A stretch of DNA of 64,000 nucleotides from Takakia lepidozioides. Taxonomy: Eukaryota > Plantae > Bryophyta. Shown here one piece after another: positions 12,901 through 25,600 of the stretch. Numbering within the stretch: position 1 is the first letter of the stretch; the number at the start of each line of letters is the position of its first letter. Location of the stretch: NCBI GenBank assembly GCA_030704615.1, contig CM060734.1, positions 32,984,001-33,048,000 on the forward strand. The letters run 5' to 3'. A program made the position numbers and the translations under genes. The notes under the pieces were generated by a model, which was not told where the DNA came from, did no database searches, and saw nothing but the letters and a program-made list of their open reading frames with translations.

Positions 12901-13556
12901 TTCACAGTATTCCCAGCCTCAGTTGCACTACTTTCCACACTCCCTGTCCCCCCAGAGCCAGATCCAGGTCTTTCGCCTGATCCCTCTGAGCCGACACCTT
13001 CGTTGGCCTGTGATCCAAGTGCTCCACTTGATCCAGGTCCAACGGGTTGGGATGTCCTGGTTGTAGTCTCAACCTCAGCTGCTGGGTCTACTTCTTCATA
13101 TTCCTCATCTTCCAATTTCTTTCCTTGGTTTTCTTCTTCTTCACTCATGTAACTATTTTGTAATAATGTTGGAGAGTTTGAACTCTCCGCTGGTTCTGCA
13201 TCCTCCTCTTCTGCTCCCGAAACTGGAGTTCCTGCTCTTGGTGTTCCATGCCAACTCTTATCAAAGATTTCTGCCAAATCTTTTATCCAGGGATGTACCT
13301 CAGATCTTTCACCTCGTGGTTGATCTTCTTCCTCTGCCAAGTCCCTTAATCTTTCTTGCAAAGAAAAAGAAGGTGTGGTATCCAACTCTAGCTCCTCTGG
13401 TATAGGTGATGTACTCCCTGATCTCAATGGTGTGAGAGGTCCAGATGATTCCCCAATGTCTATTCCTCTCTCCCACAGGTATGGATAATGAGCTTTCAGA
13501 TAACTTTCTCTTTTTGCTGAATATCTTTGGAGTCTAGCTTCTCTTTCATCACTCAT
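6922..13556 (-). pseudogene. gag-PR-RT-RNaseH-integrase polyprotein, frameshifted
   Basis: Gag core, CCHC knuckles, RT (FLDDF), RH (HCDAS...YSTTEREALA), IN (HHCC, GLDFVGP/SDQG/GQAE, GPY); several 1-nt indels and stops. Confidence 0.95.
7296..7500 (-). repeat. 30-nt coding tandem repeat (YHSPTQGHTA x5-6) after integrase
   Basis: Direct repeats of tgggctgtgat(a/g)ggctgtgtgaccctgtgt. Confidence 0.9.
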
Positions 13557-13577
13557 GTCCCATATCTTTCATTTCTT

Positions 13578-14171
13578 TTAGTGTGGCAACAACCAAAATT
13601 CTCTCCTGTAGTATCTCTCATATATGCCTGGGTTTCTTTCCAGCTTCAATGTACCTCTGGCTATACTGGAAGTCTCCGTTACCATATAACCATATGGTAA
13701 ACAAGTCTGAAAAGCTGTTCTTGGTGTAAGTTTGATCCACAAGATATCCTTTGGAATCCAATTCTTTACCAATACAAGCTCCTCATGCATATGAGTGTAA
13801 ACATTCACTTTCCTTTCCTCCCAGCTTTCAAACTCTACCCGCTTAATAGATAGTAAGGCTATCACATAAACCAATGTTGGTAACCACCGTGCTCTTCCTC
13901 TACAGGCTACCTGATAAATCTTTATCACTCCTTTCTCCAGACCCCATTCCGGATCAGCATCATGCACTCGCTTAAGAATATTTTCTTTACAACCGTCTGG
14001 CAATTCCAAGAACCTTTGAAAGAATTGTTTGGACAATCTTTCTTCCTTCGTTCCACAGGGAATTTGATTCACTTCAAATTCTTTAATCCTCCAACCACCA
14101 TGATCCCACCAGATGCCTGTCACATCTGGTTGTTCATGACTCAGTTCCCCAGTATGGTCGCCAAATGTCAC
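13578..14171 (-). CDS. ORF0: conserved unknown protein upstream of gag
   Basis: Near-identical protein at 28767-29408 and 52325-53020; stop codon ~20 nt before the gag ATG. Confidence 0.85.
   Translation of the reverse strand: MTFGDHTGELSHEQPDVTGIWWDHGGWRIKEFEVNQIPCGTKEERLSKQFFQRFLELPDGCKENILKRVHDADPEWGLEKGVIKIYQVACRGRARWLPTLVYVIALLSIKRVEFESWEERKVNVYTHMHEELVLVKNWIPKDILWIKLTPRTAFQTCLPYGYMVTETSSIARGTLKLERNPGIYERYYRREFWLLPH
14146..14163 (-). other. Primer binding site (tRNA-Arg-like)
   Basis: TGGCGACCATACTGGGGA, 2 nt after the LTR-terminal CA; resembles the complement of plant tRNA-Arg 3' ends. Confidence 0.8.
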
Positions 14172-14569
14172 GGCTTTTACTCACCCATCCCTTCGCTATC
14201 CGAGGGGGAAACTCCAAGATAGAAGAGTTGGATATCTCTAAGCATTCAGCCCGCGTGAAACAATCAGTCATGACCTGCAGCTAGTGAATCATTGTTGGGT
14301 TTCCAATTATATTCCTTATCAGTTTATATCCCTGTTTATCATGACCAGGTATCTTTTTAAGCGTCAGATTGCTTCTTGGGCCCCCTGATTTCATTCATAC
14401 ACAGCTTCACTCAAGTCTCTCAACACAAGGTGTTTGTATCGGATGAGAATCAGATTAATCATAATCGGATACATGCTGATGTCCTAACTTCTCTAATCTA
14501 TCCCTCTAAGTAATCCTACATCTCGTACTAACTCTGTCCTATAGTATCTCCTTCCTCCTCGCCAGCTTC
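14166..14569 (-). mobile_element. 5' LTR (partial, truncated by gap)
   Basis: Reverse complement of ~4240-4643; followed by the PBS. Confidence 0.9.
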
Positions 14570-15069
14570 NNNNNNNNNNNNNNNNNNNNNNNNNNNNNNN
14601 NNNNNNNNNNNNNNNNNNNNNNNNNNNNNNNNNNNNNNNNNNNNNNNNNNNNNNNNNNNNNNNNNNNNNNNNNNNNNNNNNNNNNNNNNNNNNNNNNNNN
14701 NNNNNNNNNNNNNNNNNNNNNNNNNNNNNNNNNNNNNNNNNNNNNNNNNNNNNNNNNNNNNNNNNNNNNNNNNNNNNNNNNNNNNNNNNNNNNNNNNNNN
14801 NNNNNNNNNNNNNNNNNNNNNNNNNNNNNNNNNNNNNNNNNNNNNNNNNNNNNNNNNNNNNNNNNNNNNNNNNNNNNNNNNNNNNNNNNNNNNNNNNNNN
14901 NNNNNNNNNNNNNNNNNNNNNNNNNNNNNNNNNNNNNNNNNNNNNNNNNNNNNNNNNNNNNNNNNNNNNNNNNNNNNNNNNNNNNNNNNNNNNNNNNNNN
15001 NNNNNNNNNNNNNNNNNNNNNNNNNNNNNNNNNNNNNNNNNNNNNNNNNNNNNNNNNNNNNNNNNNNNN
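14570..15069. other. Assembly gap (500 N)
   Basis: Run of n. Confidence 1.
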
Positions 15070-16110
15070 ACAACAGAATTGTAGCAGGTCGCTCCAAAAA
15101 TTAGATCAACTAGACTCACGAAACAAGACGTAAGTATATCCTTTCTCTGGGCAAGGAAAAAAAATGGAGAAATACCAACCCAACAAGGAACACAACCATA
15201 GAGAATGAATACAAAATAGGCACCCTTGTCAATATTCAAGAAAGGCAATTAACCACCTTGTGTCAAAATGCACATGCAAGAAGTATAGAATCAGGCGTGA
15301 AAGATCGCAGCGGTGGCTCGTACTTTGTAGAGTTCAAGTGGAAAGTTACTAGTCATGATCTCATTTGGATGGGCAATATGCCATCTCTTTCCAGGCGCTA
15401 CAACAGAAACATTCATGCTTGCAGGAACCTTAATTCCAGATATGCCGCACACCAAATCGACTGGCCACGAACTTGAACGAAACTTACCAAGGGTAGAGTC
15501 AGGCAACAATCAAGTGCTTTCCAGCGATGGCACACCCAAGGCACCCCCGCCCAAGCTCCTCCTCTACCTCGTGCCTCTGCTGCTATGGCTAGCAACACAC
15601 AATGTTGCACTTTATAAGCTCTGCTCGCATCGCCCGCTTCCTTGCTACCACCACCCAAGCGCGCCAATAGAAACACAGAAAGAAATGAAAATGAACTTCA
15701 CGCATGCGTAGAGTTGATGAAACAATCACAAGCTAAAATCTTACAAAATGTAAGCAAAAACTTTTGTGATCAAACATTCCCAATCTCTTCCCAATCTCTT
15801 CACATCCAATCCCAATCAAACTCGTACGTCCTGGCTAGCTTCTAGTGCGCATCGCACGTCATACATGGCAGCTCGTCGTCCCCGACTTCAGTCTAGCCCA
15901 ACGCGACCAGCCATCTTCCAGCACCCCCGAGATGAAGGAACCTCCAATCGACGGTAATAACTTGATGTACAAAAACATCAACGGCTACAATAATTCAACT
16001 TTTCCACTTCATTCCCGGGCTTGATTGCTTGCCGTTTTCTACTTCATATGTACATTTTTTATGGACTGCAAGTTGCCGCTTTTGGATGGCCCGTACCATG
16101 CTTCTACCCA

Positions 16111-16957
16111 CCAAGGGTCAGTACCAATTAAACAGGCGAGGTACAGAATGAATCCCCAACTATGCACAGAAGGTTGGAGAAGAGATCAAGAAGTTGGCTG
16201 AGGCTAAGTTATATACCCGATAGAGTATACAACTTGGTTGTCACCCATTGTGATATATTCCCAAAAAGAATGGTAAACTGAGAGTTTGTGTGAACTATAG
16301 AAGTTGAATGCTTGCAAGAAGAAAGATCCCTTTCCCTTTGCCATTCACAGAAGCGGTATTGGACTCTATGGCAGGCCATGAGATGTACTCATTCATGGAT
16401 GGCTTCAGTGGTTATAATCAAGTGCAAGTGGTAGAAGAAGACCAGGGAAAGACAGCTTTCATCACAGACTGAGGTGCGTATGCATACAAAATCATGCCTT
16501 TTGGACTTTGTAAGCACCAGAACCTTTCAGAGAGTGATAAGTGAATCTTTTCATGAGTATATCTGGATGATTCATGCAGGTGTTCTGGATGATTTCAATG
16601 TGTACAGCTCTAAGAATGAGCACTTGCTAAATTGGAGTTATGTCTGACAATGCAGGTGAGAGGTTGGAGAGTTTGGGCCGAACCAGAGAAGTGACTGTCT
16701 GTGTGAACATCAGGGGTGCTTTTAGGACAAATGTTGTGTAAGAGGGGACTTCTTGTGGATCCAGGAAAGACAAGAGGCCATTAAAGCCTCTCACACCAGT
16801 AACTGGTAGAGTCTAAGAGAATTCCTTTGGACAAACCAGTTATTCCAGAAATTTGTCAGACGGTATGCACAGATAAGCAGCACCATTGAGCAGCTTCTGA
16901 AGAAAGATGCAGTGTTTGCATGGACAGCTGAATGTCAACAGGCTTTTGAGGAACTTA
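16111..16957 (+). pseudogene. RT region of a same-family host element (left part, interrupted by a nested insertion)
   Basis: Matches RT of 22299-26252 with many indels; ends at ...QAFEEL and continues at 30339 TLSVTTTP. Confidence 0.9.
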
Positions 16958-17993
16958 TGTCGCGCGGCTTTTACTCACCCATCCCTTCGCTATTCGAGGC
17001 GGAAACTCCAAGATAGAAGAGTTGGAAATCTCTAAGTACTCAGCCCCGCGCAGAACAATCAGTCATGACCTACAGCTAGTGTATCATGGGGGTGTTTCCT
17101 ATTTGTTTCCCTTTTGGTATTCATGTTAGCTATCTTACCATTGATAATTAAGTATCAGTTTGCTTTATCAATCTATTGGATTCCATCAACTCATCCATTC
17201 ATTCACAGCTTCACTCAGATCTCTCTACACAGTGTGATTGTATCGTAAAAGTATCCGATTATGATTTATCAGGTATCAGGCCGAAGCCATTGTGTCTCTA
17301 ATCTGCTCTACAATATCATTACAGCCTTGCATATATCAAGCATCTACTCATCATCTCTCTATCTTCACTTCCGTTCTTCATCTCTGCCCGATCCCCTCTC
17401 CTCATGACCAAGAAGTCCTCCTCCGAATGATATCCCTCAATTCCCCGTTTCTTCCTTTATCTTCCTATCCGTGGTTCTAACCGTTTCCCTCACTAACCGT
17501 CGTCTGTGAACTAACATGTTCCCTTCGCAGGTGTTGTTCCCACAGTCGTTCCCTGTCCTACTCTTCGTTCCCTATGATCGTGACAGCTGTGTCAAGCTGT
17601 GACTGGCTGTGTGAAACTGTGACGGGCTGTGACTGGCTGTGCGACTGTTTTGGCTGTGGGATTGTGACGGGCTGTTGTGTGGCTGTGCCGGGCTGTGTGT
17701 GGCTGTTGTGTGACGGCTGTTGGATGTTGGCTGTGTTGACTGTGTGTGTTGTGTGTGTGTGTGACGACTGTGACGGGCTGTGTTGGCTGTGTCGGCTGTG
17801 TGGGACGTGGTGACGGGCTGTGTTGGCGCTGTGTTGGCTGTGTTGCTGTGTGACGACTGTGACGGGCTGTGTAACCCCCTCTACAGTGCGCTGCTGTCAC
17901 CCCTAAGGCTCCTGTTGGTCTCAGTCTGTGCAAAAATTAAGGGTACCCTACAGATCCCGTATAAGTGTCTAAGTCCCCGACAGTCCTCTAACA
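16958..17993 (-). mobile_element. 3' LTR of the full-length element
   Basis: TG..CA; matches 29355-30333 apart from repeat-array length and a few indels; PPT GAGGGGGGAAGGGGTAA at 17994-18010. Confidence 0.95.
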
Positions 17994-18031
17994 TTACCCC
18001 TTCCCCCCTCAAAAAGCCGTGTCCTCACGGT

Positions 18032-21000
18032 TTACTGATTTCGACTAGCAAACCTTTGTGAGTGAGCACCTTTTGACGTTGAGAGTTTCGTGGCGGACTG
18101 TGTGTACGAGCCCGAGGTCTGTCTCTGGTTGACGGAGATGGTTGATCACTACCTGGATAAGTGAGGCCCTCTGGAGGCTGATATCGAGGTAACCTTTCCG
18201 GCATAGGAGACCCCCGTCGCTTCTTCTCTGCCATCTGAACTGCATAGTCTTCTCCCATGTCAAAAGAATTCGGTGAAGAAACAGTTGTATCAGAATCCTC
18301 ATCGCCTCTCAGGTGTTTTAATTTTCGAACTTTTTGTGGAATCATCTGGGGCATACAATGCTGTCCTACCATGTCTGGAAGTTTGTATTTACAACTTGGT
18401 GTAACCGCTGAACAGCAAAATTGGTGTAGACACTGAGCTCCTTGTCTGTCCAGGTAGTGGGGTACCAATTACTGGTGCAGCGTGCAAGTATTTCCATGCC
18501 ACATGTCCCTTTATAGAAAATGTCATCAATGCCGAATTTCTGTGTTGACAAATGGTTCCAGGCCGCTTGAAACCATGAACGAATTTGAGAATCCTTTTGC
18601 ATCATAACTTTTGGGTCATATAGGTACATATGAGGTGGCACCGAAGGTAATACCCAATGATCTCCACTGGAATAACTCAGAAAGCGTGTTTGCATCTTTT
18701 GTTGCTCAATGTGGTAACGTACCAGAAAACAAGCAGCGTAGTATAACCCGCATCCCATGACAATACTTGCTACCTCCTTGGTCTTGGTATAAATGAGTCC
18801 ATGTACAACCTGGAAAGCAATTAATTCCCTCAACATGGTACCTGCCTCGTGCCAGTATTGTGCAAAGTGATGATCTTCAATATGTCGATTGTTCGGAAGA
18901 ACTTTAGTCCTAGTTGCCACTGGCAGCCAAATACGCATGATTTGGTAGTAATGTGCGAATGACTGCGGAGGACTAAATTCTTTCCAAGCCAAATCCAACA
19001 TGATGGGAATTTGGTTGAAGGGCATAATCATAGCCCTACTGTACTCCCTTGCAGCTGGAGTTTTAGGTGGGTTAAAAGCGGCATTGCCCCATACCTCCGG
19101 CTGTGGTGGCTGTGGTGTGGTTGTAGTAACCACAGGTTCAGCTACTGGTACAGTGACTTGTTGTGGTGGTGGTGGTACTGGCTCTTGTATCATTGGCATC
19201 TCCTGCACCTCCTGTGAAGACTGAAAAGCCAAAGTTCTGGCTTGTAAATAAGAAGCCATTAGCTGTTCCTGAGGGATATAGACTCTTTTGTCGATGTTTG
19301 AAGTGAGGTCTTCCACTTGAGTCTGCAGTCCGTCTACATCCTCTTGTAACTCTGCTATCCTACTATAGACATTGTCTATAGTAGTTGTGGCAATGTTCTG
19401 CACCTGCAGCCTGAGCTCATTCATCTCGCTTTGGGTGAGCTTTCGTGGTGCTTTGCCCTCTACTGGCCCTTGTGCTAACCAGACCTGCATAAGGCTGTTA
19501 TCCACCAAGTTGCTTGTGGTTCCCCTGAGAGTTTGCTCCTCTCTTAGCTTGTACAATTCCAACTGCTGTTGTAAAGCCTCCATGCGCTTCGCCTGAGGTT
19601 CAACCAATTGCGCATAAGCAGCAAGTAGATTATTGGCTTCCTTCCAAGCCTTGTTATTGACCGCGATTTCATTTCTATTGGCCATGATGGTTTGTTGCAA
19701 CTCCACGATGTGCTTCTCTTGATCAGCTTCAATCTGCCTGTATTGCTTGAAAGTATCTTCATTGCGACAGATTGTATTCTTCATATCGACAATGAGCTTC
19801 ATTTGCTCAACATTCTCTTCTTCTGCCTTCGTACATTTTTCCGCTTGACTGTTTATTTCTTTTGTAGATTGGTCAAGCATAGTTGTGAATGTAGCACATT
19901 GTATCGCCATCCTGTCATGCACTGTCTGCAACTCCGTATGTAGTGCATTCACTTCTTGCAACTTGCTTTCATGCTGCACCTGCATTTGGTATAGCTGTTG
20001 CTTATGTGCTTCGTGCAACTGGTCTTGCGCGAGGCCTGCCTCAATCAATTGTTCCTTGGCCAATTGCAAAGCCATTTCTGTATTTCCCAAGTCCTGCTGC
20101 ATCTTGAGAGTGACCTCTTCATCGACCTTGTTTGCACACTCAGTGGCTAGTCGAGCCTCAAACTCCTTCCTGAGTTCCTCTCTCAAGGCTGTCAATTGGG
20201 TAATTGGAACATGGGATTTGACATAAGTCCCCAACAAATTAAGTGTCCTGCCTATGGAACTCATCAGCATTGCCTGTTGAGGGTCATCATGGTGAGGTTG
20301 CTGCTGTTCCTCCTGATCTTCAACAGTGTGATGTCTCACGAACCATTCAGGCCATTGTCCCACCGGATTTTCTTCCTGAACTACTTCATCTATCACCGGT
20401 GCTACAGTGTCATGACCTTCCGCCTGTGGTACCTCCGACACAGGTGTGTGTATTATATGCACCTCAGGATTTCCCTTGGGCAACTGTTGCACCTCTGGGA
20501 TCTCTGTCTCCTTGACCAGACCAGAATATTCATAGAGAAGGTCCCCCTTCTCCATTTCTGCCACTATCTGTTCTGTAGTTGGAATATCTAACCCTTCTCT
20601 TTCCAAATCAATTATTTCTGGTTGAGCTGCATGGATAACTTGTGACCTTGTGACAAGTCGATCAGCTGGCTGTGATGGTTGTGATACAGAAGTAACTTCC
20701 TCCTCCCTCTCTGAAGGTCCTGCTTCCAGTAATAGCATTTCTCTGTGCTGCTGTGCCCCTTCCTGGCCATGAGCTTGGGAAACATTATCATGCGGAATCC
20801 GTGAAGCCAGTGGATCCGCCACTACAGTCTTTCCCCGTCTCTGCCTCTTAGTCTCGGGTTGCCCTGCTAGTCCACCCTCACTGTGTGAAGAGCCTTGCTC
20901 TTCCATTGCAGTTGTTTCTGGCTCAAACACTCCCATTTCCTTTCTTTCTTGCGCATCAAGTATGCCAGAATCAAGGATTATTTGAGCAATGATTGGGCCA

Positions 21001-21581
21001 GACACTATGATAGGAGACTTTGCGGTAGTACCTTGTAATCTTTTCATCTCCTCTACCAGTGCGTTGTACATTATGTCCGCCCATTGTACCTCTTGTCCCT
21101 TCAGGCCTTTGAGTATTTCCTCCGTGAAGGATCTGCTCAAATACTGTTGGTTCTGTTTCATGGCAATCAGAACGTTCAATACCTGGCCTACCTCTTTTAG
21201 CCCTGGGTACACAGCCTTGGTACAAGCATAACCCTGAGTTTTAAAGAAACTCCCTTCTTGGAATAAGTCCCCTATTTGCAGTCTTGCCCTGTGTTCCTCC
21301 ACATGCACCTGACCTGCTGGCAATCGAAACAATTGCTGGAGGTATAGGGGAGTAATCATCAATTCAACTCCCTTCACCGTTGTTGTTCCTGTCCTTGGCT
21401 CAAAGTTCTGCAAAAATTGTAACATGTACTGTCTATGGTGTAATGTCCAATCTAGGCTTTGCAATCCTTGCAATCTCAGCTCCTCCAGTATCTGTATCGC
21501 CTGTGGGGTAGCAATCGTTTGTTTCTGCAGAATTGTGGTGCTCTTCACCCTGATTTCCTCCATTCCTCTCACTCTCTTCAT
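18032..21581 (-). CDS. ORF3 (~1180 aa): transposon-protein-like N-domain, acidic linker, long coiled coil, aromatic-rich C-domain; frameshifts near the C-terminus
   Basis: 1082-aa open frame 18366-21614 plus 18025-18468; homologs at 1391-3676, 5524-6585, 32935-36466 and 36989-38989. Confidence 0.85.
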
Positions 21582-22269
21582 TTTAGACTCACAGAACTGT
21601 TTTGGCTGTAACAACTGCAGGAATGCCTGTAGTGCAAAGCATAAACGTATGGTTGCCGCAGAAAGCTATGGGTAATTTCTTGTAAGCCTGCGGGGCTTGC
21701 AAGCATCGCTCAAGAGAAAAGCTCCGCTCTGTCCTTTCGTGTCTATGCCACTGCGTAAGTAATATTGCGAGCGTATAGTCTGTTAGTTCCTCCATAGTTT
21801 CCAAGCTATAGCATTGATGGTCTGTCCGTCGAGACGCCCGTTACTCAGAACGACGCCGCCTCTTGCGCTCAATTTCCCTCCATTTTCTTGATCCTTTCTC
21901 TGGTTTTCTATTGGCTGTATCCGCTGTGACTGGATTTTAGATTTTATTTTCTTTAGTGGACTTTCCCTGTTGGATAGTCCACTAGGATCACACATGTGAC
22001 AAGAATTCCGCTTTTCTGTACTTGCCGTTCGTTCCGTTTCCCTTTTTCCGTATTCATTAATGGGCCCGCCTTTCATCCTTTTGACGGCCGTTCTTGTCCT
22101 CTTTCTTTTTGACACCTGTTCTTGCACTTCCTTCTCGGCTGTGTGTCGCGCCCTGACCTCCACGTGTCTATTTTTAAAGTAATTTCCGTTTTCTCTTCCG
22201 TCAGCCATTTTCCTGAAGTTATTATGCGTCCACTTGTCACTGATTCTATGGATCGTGTAACTTTAGTAG

Positions 22270-22605
22270 GCTGTGTTGAGAGCTGTGAACAGGCTGTGTC
22301 ATACTGTGTTACGCTGTGTGATAGGCTGTGATGCACTGTGGTAAGCTGTGATAGGCTGTGTGACACGCTGTGGTAGGTTGTGATAGGCTGTGTTGCGCCG
22401 TGCTGGGCTGTGATAGGCTGTGTCACGTCGTGATGGGCTGTGATAGGCTGTGCTTTGCCTTGATGGGCTGTGATAGGCTGTCAGTCGTGATGGGCTGTGA
22501 TAGGGTGTGTCACGTCGTGATGGGCTGTGATAGGCTGTGCTTTGCCTTGATGGGCTGTGATAGGCTGTGCTTTGCCTTGATGGGCTGTGATAGGCTGTGT
22601 CACGT
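22270..22605 (-). repeat. 30-nt coding tandem repeat (YHSPSRQSTA-type) in the pol tail
   Basis: About 10 imperfect copies of gggctgtgataggctgtg-containing units. Confidence 0.9.
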
Positions 22606-25600
22606 TTGTTTTGCCCGCCCTGGTCATATATGCTGGGCCTAGCGACAAGTGCTCCATACTCCGTTCGTAACACTGGTGCAGCCCGTGACTGCTCTTGCGG
22701 TTCAACATGCAAATCATGCTGCAAGGGTTTGTCATGGATACCACTGTACCCCTTCAACTTATTGGCATTGACTCTTCCCAGCATTTCTTTGTTAATGGTT
22801 TGTAACATGGCGGTGTTGTTATCATACATCTTTTGTATGACATAAGGTCCTTTCCATGGTGATTTAAGCTTAGAAGCTTGAATCTTTCCTTTCTTCTGCA
22901 ACCATAGAACCAAATCCCCCGTCTTAAAAGTCTTTAACTTGCCTTCATCAAACTGTTCCTTTCGCTTCATCTGAATTCTGGTCATATTATCAGCTGCATC
23001 AGCACGTACTTCTTCCACATGGTATAATTCATGTTTCCTGACCTTGATGGAGTCTTGCAATTCCATTCTCTTTCCCCACTCCGTTCTCATGGTAGGTAAC
23101 AGGAATTCCACTGGAAGTAAGGCTTCCATACCATAAACTAATTGGAATGGTGTATACTTAGTGGTGACTTTATATGAAGTCCTGTATGACCACAAAGCTG
23201 TCAGCAGCTTTGTATCCCAATCCGTTCTGTTTGCATTGACTATCTTAGCCAAGATAGTACATAGTATTTTGTTGGTAGCCTCTGCCTGCCCATTACCCTG
23301 TGGGTAATATGTTGTACTCTTTCTATGCACAATCATAAACTCTTTAGTCAACAACTCAATGGTCTCATTCATGAAGTGACTTCCCTGATCACTGATAAAT
23401 TCTAAGGGACAGCCAAATCGTGTAAGTATGTTCTCGTACAGGAACCTTGCTGTGGACTTGGCTGTGTTGTCCCTCAAAGCTTTAGCTTCCACCCACTTTG
23501 TAGTATAATCAGTGGCTGTAATTATGTACCTGTTTCGTGTATTCTTGGATGGTGGGTTAATTGGTCCAACAAAGTCTAGTCCCCATTTCTGAAATGGTTC
23601 CGTAGGCATTGTAGGATGCAAGGCCATCCTTCCAGATCTCTGCAAAGGTCCTAGCCTCTGACATTCATCACACTTCTGACAATACTCGTGTACATCTTTG
23701 AACAAAGTAGGCCACCAGTATCCTGCGAGTAGTATCTTTCTACTGGTAGTCTCTTCTCCAAAATGACCTCCAGCCACTCCTTTATGAACTTCCGCCAAAA
23801 CTTTATTTACTTCATGGTGGTACAAGCATCGTTTTAGTACTCCATCAGGTCCTAACTTATACATTCTGCTTCCTACCATAGTATAAGGTAAAGCTTTGAT
23901 AGCGATTCTCTTCCTCTGCTCCTTACCATAACTAGGTGGGCACTGACCATGAGCAAGGTAGTATCTGATTGGCCACTGCCAATCTAACCAGTCATCTGCA
24001 CTTCCCTGCACCTCCACTGCAAAGAGACTCGCATCTGGTAATTGATCATCTATTCCTGTGGCTGGTTCTCCTGTTGACAATCGTGACAAATGATCCGCCA
24101 CAAGATGCAGTCTCCCAGGCTTGTAAACAACCTCGAACTCAAACTCGTGCAAGATTATCAACCATCTTGCTATTCTTCCGCTTATCAGAGGTTTGTTTAC
24201 CAGGTATATCAGAGCCTGGTGATCCACATAGAACATAAACTTCTTGCCCAACAGGTAATGCCTGAATTTCTTCACTGCATAGATCATTGCCAATGCTTCT
24301 CTTTCCGTTGTGCTATAGTTCCTCTCAGCACTGTTCATCAACCGGCTAGCATAGTACACAGGTGAATCTATATTCCCTGTAACATTCTGGGCTAACACCG
24401 CTCCCAACGCTTCTCCTGATGCATCGCAGTGAACATGGAATACTACATGCCAGTGAGGGTTAATCAGCACAGGTGTAGTTGTTACTGACAGTGTAAGTTC
24501 CTCAAATGCCTGTTGACATTCAGCTGTCCAGGCAAACACTGCATCTTTCTTCAGTAGTTTGCTCAATGGTGCTGCTATTTGTGCATACCTTTTGACAAAT
24601 CTCCTGTAATAACTGGTTTGCCCAAGGAATCTCCGTAGACTTTTAACATTCACTGGTGGTGGAGAGGCTTTAATGGACTCTGTCTTTCTGGGATCCACAA
24701 GGAGTCCCTTCTTACACACAATGTGTCCCAGAAGCACCCCTGAGTTCACACAGAAAGTACACTTCTCTGGATTCAGGCCCAGACCTCTCATCCTGCATCT
24801 GGCCAAACATAACTCCAATTTATGCAAGTGCTCACTCTTAGAGCTGTACACACTGAAATCATCCAAGAATACCTGCATGAAATCATCCAGATACTCATGA
24901 AAAGATTCACTTATCACTCTCTGAAAGGTCGCTGGTGCATTACAAAGTCCAAAGGGCATGACTTTGTATGCATAAGCCCCCCAGTCTGTGATGAAAGCTG
25001 TTTTCCCTTGGTCTTCTTCTGCCACTTGCACTTGATTATAACCACTGAAGCCATCCATGAATGAGTACATCTCATGGCCTGCCACAGTGTCTAATACTGC
25101 TTCTGTGAATGGCAAAGGGAAAGGATCTTTCTTCGTACAAGCATTCAGCTTCTTATAGTTCACACATACTCTTAGTTTGCCATTCTTCTTGGGAACTATA
25201 ACAATGGGTGACAACCAAGTTGTATACTCTATTGGGTATATAAACTTAGCCTCAGCCAACTTCTTTATCTCTTCTCCAACCTTCTGTGCGTAGTTGGGAT
25301 TCATTCTATACCTCGCCTGCTTGATTGGTACTGACCCTGGTTCCAGTTCAATCTTATGCTGACAGACTTCAGGTGGTATCCCTTTTAGATCCTCATAGCT
25401 CCAAGCAAATACATCTCTGTATTTGATGAACAAGCTTTTAGCTTCTTCGAAGAATTCCGGCTCCAAATCAGCTCCTACTTTCACCATCCTCGGTTCCTCT
25501 TTAGTTCCCACATTTACTTCCCTCACCTGCTCATCAGCTGTGATTGTCCAACCAGTCACCACTTCATCCTGTAAGCTCACAGTGGCTGGTTCTTCTAGGA

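Larger units (their letters stand above)
5525..14569 (-). mobile_element. Gypsy (Athila-like) element copy: partial 5' LTR, PBS, ORF0, gag-pol, ORF3 N-half
   Basis: Colinear with the full-length copy 16958-30333; 5' LTR runs into the N gap; truncated in ORF3 at ...GDLLYED. Confidence 0.95.

Noticed and set aside
14493-15248. ORFs spanning the gap
   Set aside because: Artefacts of N translation
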